Shown: in pieces, positions 18,234-26,572 of the stretch | How the letters are laid out: each line of letters opens with the position of its first letter | How positions within the stretch are numbered: position 1 is the stretch's first letter | Origin: Thermomicrobiaceae bacterium | Lineage (GTDB): Bacteria; Chloroflexota; Chloroflexia; Thermomicrobiales; Thermomicrobiaceae | Reading direction: 5' to 3' | NCBI GenBank assembly: GCA_007133615.1 | Contig: SLMJ01000049.1 | Location: 1 to 50,093, forward strand | Length of the DNA: 50,093 nucleotides | The notes under the pieces: model-generated | What the model was told of the DNA's origin: nothing | Database searches by the model: none | Seen by the model: only the letters and a program-made list of their open reading frames with translations | Made by a program: the position numbers and the translations under genes

Positions 18234-19217
18234 TTGGACATCGCAGTAACGGGGGCACACGGATTCGTGGGACTGAACGTTGTCCGAACGCTGGCTGAGC
18301 AGGGTCACACAGTCTATGCGATCGGGCGAAGTGCCCCGGATCAGTGGGTGACCGCGTTTCTTGACGGACTGCACGGTGTTCAGCATCTGGTCGCAGATGT
18401 GAGCAAGCCTGGAGAATTGACCGGGGCACTTGGAGGTCAATCACTTGACGCGGTCGTCCACGCTGCGGTTGTGACGGCGACGACGCTGCAGGTCGAGCGG
18501 GACGACGCGGCGCGGATCGTTCATGTCAACACTGGCGGGACAATCGAGGCACTGGAGGCCGCGAAGAGTTCCGGCGCAACCCGGTTCGTTTATGTGTCAT
18601 CACCGTCCGCGATCGGCAACGCGACAGCCGATGCAACGATGGATGAAGCAATCGAGAAACGGCCGGATTCGCTGTACGGGATCTCCAAAGACGCTAGTGA
18701 GGAGATCACGCGGCGCTACGGCAGGTTGCATGGCCTTTCGGTGGCGTCCGTCCGGATTGCGCAGCCATACGGTCCGGGTGAGCGCGCCACGGCTTCCCGG
18801 GTTCGCACATCGCCGATCTACGAGTGGATTCTGGACGTCGAGGCTGGACGCGAGTTGCCGGCCGGACCGCTGGATCGTTCACGCGACTGGACTTACATCG
18901 ATGATACGGCTCGCGGAATCGCCGAACTGGCTACGGCTGAGATACTCAATCACGATCTCTACCATCTGGCGCGTAGCGCTCCGGTTACGGTTGGAGAGGT
19001 AATCGAGCAGATCCGGGCCGCGTATCCGGACATATACTGGAACGAGAATCCGGCTTCGGAGGACCTCAATCCGAATATTGCCGGATCCAGTGCGCGGAAA
19101 CCGCTTGATAGCTCGCGGTTTGGGGCGGAGTTCGGCTGGGCGCCTGAGACTGGCATCGTAGACGGAATGCGGCGCTATCTGGGCTGGTGGAAGACCTTCC
19201 CGGTTTCCGGATCGTAG
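18234..19217 (+). CDS. NAD-dependent epimerase/dehydratase family protein (extended SDR)
   Basis: N-terminal VTGAHGFVGLN glycine-rich NAD fold and a catalytic YGISK motif (YxxxK). TTG start with AAAGGGGGG upstream. Confidence 0.75.
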   Translation: MDIAVTGAHGFVGLNVVRTLAEQGHTVYAIGRSAPDQWVTAFLDGLHGVQHLVADVSKPGELTGALGGQSLDAVVHAAVVTATTLQVERDDAARIVHVNTGGTIEALEAAKSSGATRFVYVSSPSAIGNATADATMDEAIEKRPDSLYGISKDASEEITRRYGRLHGLSVASVRIAQPYGPGERATASRVRTSPIYEWILDVEAGRELPAGPLDRSRDWTYIDDTARGIAELATAEILNHDLYHLARSAPVTVGEVIEQIRAAYPDIYWNENPASEDLNPNIAGSSARKPLDSSRFGAEFGWAPETGIVDGMRRYLGWWKTFPVSGS

Positions 19218-20299
19218 ACGATGCAGGCGAGTCCCTGGTCCTGAATGCGGTCGACGGTTACTGGCCCGATTCCCGGTACGCGTTGGAGATCGTCGACTGA
19301 TTCAAACGGGCGATGATCCATGATCGCCTGTGCTCGCGACTCACCGATGTTTGTGATCCGCGTTAGATCGAACGTCGTTGCCAGGTTCAGCTCAACGCAC
19401 TCGAGAACATCCGGCGGCCGGCCGTAGCGGAACTCGTGGTAGTGGCGGCCGATATTCCCGGCTTCAACCTGCCAGCCGTCCGGGTTTTCCGGCGTATAAG
19501 TGAGGCATCGGCGTTCGAAGCACTGCAGCAGAACATCACGCCAGTTGCCGCCGACTGGAACATGAACCCAGTACGCAGCGGTGATTGGAAACCCGGTGGC
19601 GAAGAACGGATCCTCGAAGAGCCTTCCTCGGACGTTGATCCCGTCTTCCCGGACGATTCCGGTCGAGTTCATGAACTCCCAGAACGGTTCAGCGACGGTG
19701 CGATCAGTCTCCGAAACATGATAGTAGGCGATGACGTTGTAATCCTCGAACTCGTCGGACTCGGTAAGTTCATAATCGTCACCGTCGATAAGGAGTTGCT
19801 CGGTGATGAGCGTTCCCTCTGGGCGAGTTGGTTCGTCGAGAACGTGTGAGAGCGTCAGATAGGTCGGTGAGTCCGGATGGCGGTCGCCGGCTACTTGACT
19901 GCGGGACGGTTCCGTCTGGACACGAGTCAAATGGCCGGTTTGCACGTCACCGGTGATCAGTTCCTTCGCGAGCAGACCATTTGTCACGAACCAGAGCGAA
20001 TACGGGTCGGCCAACGGGTTGTTGATCTCCATGCGGGTCTTATCGAAGTACTGGATTTGACGATAGCCGCCGGGAGCTTCCAGATATGGCTCGGTAATCG
20101 GCCCTGTCGTTGCGACCGGGCCCCACATCCACGTTCGGTTGGCGACCTGATCAGAGACCGGGCGCTCGGTTCTTTCCCAGGTGCGGTAAAAGGCGTCGTT
20201 GGCGGGTTGGGTGGCGAGGGCGGTTAGCTGCAGGCTGACAAGAAAAACTACAACAAGAATCAACGGAAGTACTCGGGCCCGGGTCGATAAACGCATCAA
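19175..20299 (-). CDS. secreted hypothetical protein with C-terminal ComEA-like helix-hairpin-helix DNA-binding module
   Basis: N-terminal signal peptide (RARVLPLILVVVFLVSLQLTALA). The C-terminus LTRITNIGESRAQAIMDHRPFESVDDLQRVPGIGPVTVDRI matches tandem HhH motifs as in ComEA. The central region has no motif I recognise. Confidence 0.6.
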   Translation of the reverse strand: MMRLSTRARVLPLILVVVFLVSLQLTALATQPANDAFYRTWERTERPVSDQVANRTWMWGPVATTGPITEPYLEAPGGYRQIQYFDKTRMEINNPLADPYSLWFVTNGLLAKELITGDVQTGHLTRVQTEPSRSQVAGDRHPDSPTYLTLSHVLDEPTRPEGTLITEQLLIDGDDYELTESDEFEDYNVIAYYHVSETDRTVAEPFWEFMNSTGIVREDGINVRGRLFEDPFFATGFPITAAYWVHVPVGGNWRDVLLQCFERRCLTYTPENPDGWQVEAGNIGRHYHEFRYGRPPDVLECVELNLATTFDLTRITNIGESRAQAIMDHRPFESVDDLQRVPGIGPVTVDRIQDQGLACIVYDPETGKVFHQPR

Positions 20300-20466
20300 T
20301 CCACCTGTCGTTAAACAGCAGAAACGCTTTCGGCCCCGATCGTTGTCCCGAATGTGGCGAGGTCATGTTAGCGCAGAGCTTCACCGAATGCACGTGATGG
20401 CACCAACGCTTAGTGAGTCGCGGCTTACCGGGCTCGGAATTCATGATGTTGAAGTGGCTCCTGTGG

Positions 20467-20901
20467 TCAGGGACGAGCAGGATCAACTTCGTCTGGAAGT
20501 CGGTTCAGTATTTCCCGATGGATCTTGGCTGCCGTATCAACGAACATATCTACGGCTTCCGGATCGGGTTCGGCCTGCAGGTCGGGATATCGGCTTTGAA
20601 GCGCATAGGTTGTGATCAGACGAGCCGGCTCGGAGAAATCCGGAATGTCTTGATTGATAGATTGACACTGACGCAGCAGTTCCACGAGGTTGTGAGTCTT
20701 CCGAAACGGGGTGTCGTGCCAGACCAGAAATCCCTTCAATGCCTTCTCAACGGCTTGCTGAGCGTGGTACGCGGCGACATCATCCAACCTCGGTGATTCG
20801 AGTGCACGATGACACGTGCTGAGATCGTCGCGGGACTTCCGAAGCCACTCGCGAGTCAATTGTGCTCTGATATCCCCCGGAGATGCACCTTCAGTTGGCA
20901 T
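20467..20901 (-). CDS. HEPN domain protein (toxin of a HEPN/MNT pair)
   Basis: WLRKSRDDL...AYHAQQAVEKALKGFLVWHD.PFRKTHNLVELL matches the COG2250-type HEPN helix pattern with the R..H motif. ATG 20901 overlaps the upstream gene's stop by 11 nt. The longer ORF to 21018 overlaps the MNT coding region. Confidence 0.8.
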   Translation of the reverse strand: MPTEGASPGDIRAQLTREWLRKSRDDLSTCHRALESPRLDDVAAYHAQQAVEKALKGFLVWHDTPFRKTHNLVELLRQCQSINQDIPDFSEPARLITTYALQSRYPDLQAEPDPEAVDMFVDTAAKIHREILNRLPDEVDPARP

Positions 20902-21226
20902 ACAGCAAGGTGCCTTCTCGCTGAACGGTTGAGGAGAGGGAAGCCGCCGCGGATTGCTGATCCTCAAACTGTTCGACTGTGAATACCAGGACCTCGCCGG
21001 AGAGGTCCAGATCTTCAATCGATGCCAGTGCGCGAGCCGCTCGCCGATAGTGAGGTTCCAGGGATTCTGCTACCACCACAAGGATGTCGTAATCCGAATC
21101 CTCCCGGTGGTCTCCGCGTGCCCGGGACCCGAATAGATAGATGCGCTCCGGCTGGAAGTGCTCAACCAGCCGGCGCACTGCTTCGGTCAAATCCGGATGG
21201 AAGCGCTCGTCAACGGTTATGCCCAT
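20891..21226 (-). CDS. minimal nucleotidyltransferase (MNT; antitoxin partner of HEPN)
   Basis: LFGSRARGDHREDSDYDILVVV is the GS..(D/E).D nucleotidyltransferase signature. ATG 21226 is preferred. The ORF is open to 21322, but that start would overlap the preceding gene by 37 nt. Confidence 0.8.
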   Translation of the reverse strand: MGITVDERFHPDLTEAVRRLVEHFQPERIYLFGSRARGDHREDSDYDILVVVAESLEPHYRRAARALASIEDLDLSGEVLVFTVEQFEDQQSAAASLSSTVQREGTLLYAN

Positions 21227-21285
21227 TTCGTCCGCACTTACTCCGCTCTTACCTGATCTGACCGGCTCATCAGCAATTTCCGATC

Positions 21286-22782
21286 CTATGGCGTCCAGGT
21301 GGTGTCTGGATCCAGCGGCCATATGGGCCGTCGCACGTTGTTGAACGTATAACGATCGAGCGTTGGGTTCGCGGCACCCGGCGCATCGACCTCGATGATG
21401 CTGTGCGAGATCGGCTCGAAGTCTGCCCGGAAGTGCCCGCGCGACTTGATCATCAGCAGCGGTTGATCCTGCGGTTCGACTCCTGCCACCCGGAAGTATC
21501 CCTGATCGTTGGCGGCATGCCGGATCGAGGTGACGACGATCTTCAGATCGCCGACGTCAATCCGGGCAGTCGGGCCGCAATTGACCGGCTGGCCGCGAAC
21601 AACTGGGCCTTCACCGACGAAGTGACCATCTGATAGATGCCCGACTGTGCCCTCGACTTCCACGGGTGCTCCGTAGGCGTCGGTCGCCTTGCCGCCGATT
21701 CGGAACGCTCCGCTGTTGCCGAGACCGATCTGCTGGGCCTTCTCGACGGTCTCGGGGTCCCAGACACACGCGACCGCACCAGATGCACCACGTTTTACGA
21801 GCTCGCGCAGGAGTTCCGGCGTATCACCGGATCCACCACCTCCGGGGTTATCGGCAACGTCGGCGAGCGAGACTGGCTTTCCGGGCGACTGATCGACGAT
21901 CTCCAGTGCCTGCTGGACTGCCTGTTCGACCGGGGCGATTCGCTTGAGGAACTCTTCGCGGATCTCCCAGGCGAACCCACCGACGTCCTTCGCGCACTCC
22001 TCGCCGGCAGCGCGGTCGGTCGATGTCACCAGGATCGCGGTACCGGCCAGATCGAAGTCAGCGTATGGGAATCCGCCGAAGACGGACACATCGAGGATTT
22101 CGGGCCGCTTTTCCCATTCCCAGCCACGGGCGAGGATTCGCTGCATCGGGCCCTCGGCGGTCCGCATATTGATCGTTGGCGGTAGCATAGGTGGCTTCGA
22201 AATGGAAACCGTCGGCCGGGCGATCTCGCCGTTGAGCAGTTTCGCGAGATGTTCGGCGGTTTCGACTCCGCGTTCCCAGGCGTCGATGTGCGGGTTGGTG
22301 TTGTATGCGAAAACCGCGTCCACCGCCTGGCAGAAGTTCGGGGTAATGTTGCCATGCAGATCGAGCTCGACGAAGAGCGGCACGTCTGGCCCGATAACCT
22401 CGCGTACGGCTTGGCAGAGGTCACCTTCAGCGTCCGGAGCGTTCTCAGCGAGCATTGCACCGTGCAGGTGGAGCAGGACGCCATCGAACGGCCCCTCGGA
22501 CTTCAGCCGGTTGAGCATCCGAGTTTTGAGCTCGGTGTAGGCGGATGCATCGACGTTTGCCGACGGTGTTGCCCCGGCTGCGACGGTGCCGACCATTGTC
22601 CAGCCCTGTTGTTGACCAACTTCGATGAACCCGCCAATTCCGCTTTTCCGTCCCGTCATCGTCTCGATGACTTCATCGCCGTTGAGAACTCCGACCCGCT
22701 CTTCAGCGAATGACTCGAGAGTCGTTGGAATAGGGGAGAATGTATTTGTTTCGTGCGAGATCATTCCGACGGCTATGCGCAT
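21286..22782 (-). CDS. M81-family metallopeptidase (MlrC-like, DUF1485 plus MlrC C-terminal domain)
   Basis: N-terminus MRIAVGMISHETNTFSP and overall length and architecture match microcystinase-C-like proteins as I recall them. Confidence 0.8.
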   Translation of the reverse strand: MRIAVGMISHETNTFSPIPTTLESFAEERVGVLNGDEVIETMTGRKSGIGGFIEVGQQQGWTMVGTVAAGATPSANVDASAYTELKTRMLNRLKSEGPFDGVLLHLHGAMLAENAPDAEGDLCQAVREVIGPDVPLFVELDLHGNITPNFCQAVDAVFAYNTNPHIDAWERGVETAEHLAKLLNGEIARPTVSISKPPMLPPTINMRTAEGPMQRILARGWEWEKRPEILDVSVFGGFPYADFDLAGTAILVTSTDRAAGEECAKDVGGFAWEIREEFLKRIAPVEQAVQQALEIVDQSPGKPVSLADVADNPGGGGSGDTPELLRELVKRGASGAVACVWDPETVEKAQQIGLGNSGAFRIGGKATDAYGAPVEVEGTVGHLSDGHFVGEGPVVRGQPVNCGPTARIDVGDLKIVVTSIRHAANDQGYFRVAGVEPQDQPLLMIKSRGHFRADFEPISHSIIEVDAPGAANPTLDRYTFNNVRRPIWPLDPDTTWTP

Positions 22783-22814
22783 GGAAAACCCTTCCTGTGT
22801 CCCGGAATCGAACC

Positions 22815-22833
22815 TTACGTTCCGCTAACGTAA
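22815..22833. promoter_or_regulatory. perfect inverted repeat TTACGTT-N5-AACGTAA, candidate operator upstream of the MlrC-like gene
   Basis: Read directly from the sequence. It lies 33-51 nt upstream of the ATG at 22782 on the minus strand. Confidence 0.3.
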
Positions 22834-22880
22834 CAGAAATCGTGACAGCGTGGGCGGATGTGGTTTCGAATTGGCAGGCG

Positions 22881-22929
22881 AAAAACAAGCCGGCAGGCCT
22901 CTCCGGGTGTGCCGGACGGTCCTGCCGGT
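22881..22929 (-). terminator. intrinsic terminator downstream of the lipoprotein gene
   Basis: On the minus strand, CCGGCAGG...CCTGCCGG(C) forms an 8-9 bp GC stem and is followed by CTTGTTTTT. It lies directly after the stop at 22960. Confidence 0.55.
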
Positions 22930-22959
22930 GACTCGATCAGTCATCTCGACTTTCGGAGA

Positions 22960-23838
22960 CTAGTTGCCTCCCGAGAGTTTCTCATCGGCGGTGCGAACGA
23001 TCGCATCGAAATCCGCATCGCTCATCCCAAAGATGTCGAAGTACATCAGCATCGTGACGTACTCGCCGCGCTGCAGGAATACCAGGTCGAATGCAAATTC
23101 GCCGAACATGTCGATCATTGCGGATTCTTCTTCGCTCAGATCTTCAAACGAAAGCGCGAGGTTAACCCGGAATGCGTCATCTCCCACACCATCGAACGGG
23201 ACCTCTTCGATTGTGAAGGTCATTTCATCACCGAACTCGTCGGTTTCGGTCCATTCTTCGCAGCCGAACAGTTCACGCATGTAGTTCATCGCCTCTTCGG
23301 CATCGGATGATGAATCCAGCTGCATGAGATTCTGCATAAGGAAGGGTCCGAGTTCGGATCCCTCGAATTCCCGGTCAGCTTCGGCGACTGGCTCGATGGC
23401 TTCATCGAGTGGTTCGATTCCGCATGGTTCACTGAAGGGGTCTTCCGAAACGTCGGAAAACTCATCTTCAACCATGTCAGAGTCAACTTCGACCTGACTC
23501 CAACCTTCCGGCAGGTCCTCGACGCTCAGGAGAAGACCTTCGAGCGCTCCGGGATCGGCATCTCGGTCGCTATCGTCGGCTTCGTCCTCATCATCCATCG
23601 CGGTGTCGTCTGATTCAGGCGTTGGAGTCGGTTCCGGCTCCGGTGTCGGCGTTGGCTCTGGGGTGGCTGTCGGTTCCGGGGGCTCCGTTGGCTCAGGCTC
23701 AGGTGTGGGAGTCGGTTCAACCTCCGCTGCGACGTCATCGTCTGACGTTACATCGTCGGCGGCGTCATCATCGCTGGCACAGGCCGCAACCAGCAAGAGC
23801 AACGCGCTCATCGTCGTTAGCAGAATCCAGGATCGCAT
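22960..23838 (-). CDS. lipoprotein of unknown function with acidic and Pro/Thr/Glu-rich linker
   Basis: Signal peptide plus lipobox (LLLVAAC), then DDDAADD..., then EPTPTPEPEPTEPPEPTATPEPTPTPEPEPTPTPE, then a very acidic globular C-terminal domain. No recognisable catalytic motif. Confidence 0.6.
   Translation of the reverse strand: MRSWILLTTMSALLLLVAACASDDDAADDVTSDDDVAAEVEPTPTPEPEPTEPPEPTATPEPTPTPEPEPTPTPESDDTAMDDEDEADDSDRDADPGALEGLLLSVEDLPEGWSQVEVDSDMVEDEFSDVSEDPFSEPCGIEPLDEAIEPVAEADREFEGSELGPFLMQNLMQLDSSSDAEEAMNYMRELFGCEEWTETDEFGDEMTFTIEEVPFDGVGDDAFRVNLALSFEDLSEEESAMIDMFGEFAFDLVFLQRGEYVTMLMYFDIFGMSDADFDAIVRTADEKLSGGN
23590..23720. repeat. low-complexity GC-rich tandem-like DNA encoding the (E/T)P linker
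   Basis: Reiterated GGTTC(C/A)GG/GGCTC(C/A)GG/GGTGT(C/G)GG units are visible on the plus strand. They correspond to the PT/PE linker of the lipoprotein. Confidence 0.5.
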
Positions 23839-24063
23839 TCGTTCTTACCCTTTCAAACCCTGGTGATTCTCGACGGACATCATCCGGAATCACCTGAACA
23901 CAGACAGCGCCCTCGGCGACGCTTCACTGCATCACAGTATCTTTCGTTGCACGAGTATCGTCAATGGCACCGGGTACTGAATTGTTCGCGAATGTTTCGG
24001 GGCAGATATGCGCAATACGCGGCGACAGGAGGTCGGGTGCTGCCAAAGGCGTATCCTGGGAGG

Positions 24064-24094
24064 CCGGCCTGAAACAGTGGCTGTTCCAGGCCGG
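24064..24094 (-). terminator. 14-bp hairpin immediately downstream of ggt (terminator-like, no U-tract)
   Basis: CCGGCCTGAAACAG-TGG-CTGTTCCAGGCCGG gives a near-perfect stem with one G-U pair. It begins 10 nt after the ggt stop. Confidence 0.45.
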
Positions 24095-24103
24095 GAACTC
24101 AGT

Positions 24104-25828
24104 CTAGTCGAGGGCAATTGCCGTCGCGTTCGTGTACTGGAACACGCCTCCGCGAAGAGTTCCTGAATCCTGGTCGATCCGGATTCCGCTCGGGCGTGCA
24201 AACCCGGCAGAGTTGAATCCTTCGACTCGTGGGAGCACCCGGTGGCCCATTTTCTCAAGTTGATCCAGGGTTTCCTGACCGATTCGTTCCGAGACCTCAC
24301 TGATCGGTCCTTCGGCGTGCATCCGCGGAGCGGAGATCGATTCCTGCATGCCTTTTCCGTACTCCATGAGGTTCAGGGCGACCTGGGTCATTGCCGAGAT
24401 AATCCGTCGCCCTCCTGGAGCGCCAATCGCGGCAAACGGCTGCCCGTTTCGTCGAATCAGCATCGGCGAGGCGGCAGACAGAATGCGCTTCCCGGGACCC
24501 ACCGAGGTTACAGCGCCGGGACGTGGATCGAACCAGGTGGTGGCGTTATTGAGCATGATTCCGGTGCCTGGAACGACGACACAGGAACCGAAACTGGCCC
24601 CGAGCGTCGAGGTAAGGGCAATCATGTTCCCGTCCCCGTCAATGACGTTAATGTGGGTGGTTCGTCCCCCCGGCGAGGCGCTATCGCGAAACTCGTCTGC
24701 AGGTCGGTCCTGCGGGTCGAACGGCCACGGATCACCAGGACCGGCATCTGGTGTTGCTCGGGCCGGATCGATGTCGTCGCGGCGTTGGCAGGCGAAGTCC
24801 GGAGAAATGACGCCCTTATACGGAACAGTCATCAGCTCGGCATCGCCGAGATAGCGCAGTCGATCCCGGAACGCGCGCCGGACAGCTTCCAGGATCAGAT
24901 GAGCTGCCTCGGTTGTCTGGAACCCGCACCCGGAGAGGTTGAGACCCTCGAGGATCTTTAGCGCTTCGAACACCGAGGCATTGCCACTGTTCTCGATCTG
25001 CCCTGAAACTTCGAAGTCCTTGTAGGTGATCGTCGTGGCAGCATGTTCAAGTGTTTGATGGGCGTGGAGGTCATCTTCAGTGATCAAGCCGCCGTTCTTC
25101 TCCATCTCGGCGACCAGGCGTTTGCCGACCTCGCCGCGATAGAGCGCGTCAGGACCGTGCTCCGCCATTTGCTCGAGTGTCCAGGCGAGTTCAGCCTGAA
25201 TCAGTTTGTCACCCGGTTTCATGCCTGCGGGCATCAACGGGCCGCCGGCGCGTGTGAAGTAGATTTCTCGACTCGAAGGGAACCTGGCAAGGCTTTCGTA
25301 GCTCTGCGTGATGGCCAGTGAACCGAACGGATCGATCTCGAACCCGTCACGGGCGATCCGGATCGCCGGTTGCAGAAGATCGCTCCAGGGCAGCCGTCCA
25401 TAACGGGCGTGAGCGTCCCCCATAAGCGCGGGCATTCCCGGCACTGCTGGAGCCCGCCAGCCGGTGTTGTTGGCGTCGTCCTTTGTTGCTGGCCAGCTAT
25501 ACATTCCGGCGACATCGTCACCGGGCAGGACGTCGAACTCGTCGGGGCGAATACTCTTCGGAAGAACCGATGTTCCGTCGAGACAAACCGTTGTATCAGG
25601 CGAATCTGCCGGACTGTAGGCGAGGAAGGCGATGCCGCCGACACCACTGCTCTGTGGTTCGGCTACGCCGACGGCGAACGCGGTGGCGATTGCCGCGTCG
25701 ATCGCGTTGCCACCCTTCTTCAGTATCTCGGCTCCGGCTTCGGCGCCGAGCGGGTGCATTGCCGTGACCATGCCGCCTTTGCCGACGGCCTCCGTCTTGT
25801 CGATCTGCCACTGGCTTCGGTGTGTCAT
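24104..25828 (-). CDS. ggt: gamma-glutamyltransferase
   Basis: GGNAIDAAIATAFAVGV, the autoprocessing site GGRTTHINVIDGDGNMIALTSTLG, then GTGIMLNN and GAPGGRRI. ATG 25828 has GGGAGA upstream. The 280 in-frame codons further upstream are Arg/Ser-rich and overlap the flavodoxin gene. Confidence 0.9.
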   Translation of the reverse strand: MTHRSQWQIDKTEAVGKGGMVTAMHPLGAEAGAEILKKGGNAIDAAIATAFAVGVAEPQSSGVGGIAFLAYSPADSPDTTVCLDGTSVLPKSIRPDEFDVLPGDDVAGMYSWPATKDDANNTGWRAPAVPGMPALMGDAHARYGRLPWSDLLQPAIRIARDGFEIDPFGSLAITQSYESLARFPSSREIYFTRAGGPLMPAGMKPGDKLIQAELAWTLEQMAEHGPDALYRGEVGKRLVAEMEKNGGLITEDDLHAHQTLEHAATTITYKDFEVSGQIENSGNASVFEALKILEGLNLSGCGFQTTEAAHLILEAVRRAFRDRLRYLGDAELMTVPYKGVISPDFACQRRDDIDPARATPDAGPGDPWPFDPQDRPADEFRDSASPGGRTTHINVIDGDGNMIALTSTLGASFGSCVVVPGTGIMLNNATTWFDPRPGAVTSVGPGKRILSAASPMLIRRNGQPFAAIGAPGGRRIISAMTQVALNLMEYGKGMQESISAPRMHAEGPISEVSERIGQETLDQLEKMGHRVLPRVEGFNSAGFARPSGIRIDQDSGTLRGGVFQYTNATAIALD

Positions 25829-26053
25829 CAGTGCTCGTCTCCCTGATTTTGTGCGACGGGTCCTGCCGGCCAGAATAGACCCGTTCCGCCGAATCCGCAA
25901 ATCGGGTTGGCGGAATCGGGGCGCTCCTCTTGACGCGAAACTCGTGTTGTTCCGCTCGATTTGTCGCGAATTTCTAACGCTGGATGAAGGATCATGTGAC
26001 TGGGGCGCTGGGAACGGCCGCGCACCGGGTTCCTGCGGAGAGGAACGTCTTAC

Positions 26054-26572
26054 ATGAACGTACTGGTGACATACGCGAGCAAGCACGGAAGCACAGCGCA
26101 GATCGCGGACGTTATTCGGAATGATCTTCGAATGGCCGGATTCGATGTAGCGCTGCAGCCCGCCGATGAAGTAACAAACATCGACGAGTACGATGCGGTC
26201 ATCCTTGGTAGTGCAATTTACGTTGGACAGTGGCAGCAAGCCGTGACCGACCTGATTAACCGCTTTGCAGAGACCCTGAAGACGAAACAGGTATGGCTCT
26301 TCAGCAGTGGCCCCATCGGGGATGATCCATTTCCGAAGGAAATGCCACCGATCACGGAAGAACTTATCGAAAAGACTGGTGCGGTCGAACACCAGAGCTT
26401 CCTCGGGAAACTCGATCGTTCCACCCTCGGATTCGGAGAGCGGCTGATCACCACGGTACTGCGCGCGCCAGAGGGTGACTTCCGTGATTGGGACGCGATC
26501 CGCGCCTGGGCGGACTACATCGGACGCACGCTCAGAGAATCGAGCGTCAGGAGCGCTGCGTCCACAGACTGA
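26054..26572 (+). CDS. flavodoxin-domain protein (HemG/Flavodoxin_5-like)
   Basis: MNVLVTYASKHGSTAQIA...YDAVILGSAIYVGQW is the flavodoxin-like FMN-binding N-terminus. GGAGAGGA lies upstream of the ATG. Confidence 0.75.
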   Translation: MNVLVTYASKHGSTAQIADVIRNDLRMAGFDVALQPADEVTNIDEYDAVILGSAIYVGQWQQAVTDLINRFAETLKTKQVWLFSSGPIGDDPFPKEMPPITEELIEKTGAVEHQSFLGKLDRSTLGFGERLITTVLRAPEGDFRDWDAIRAWADYIGRTLRESSVRSAASTD

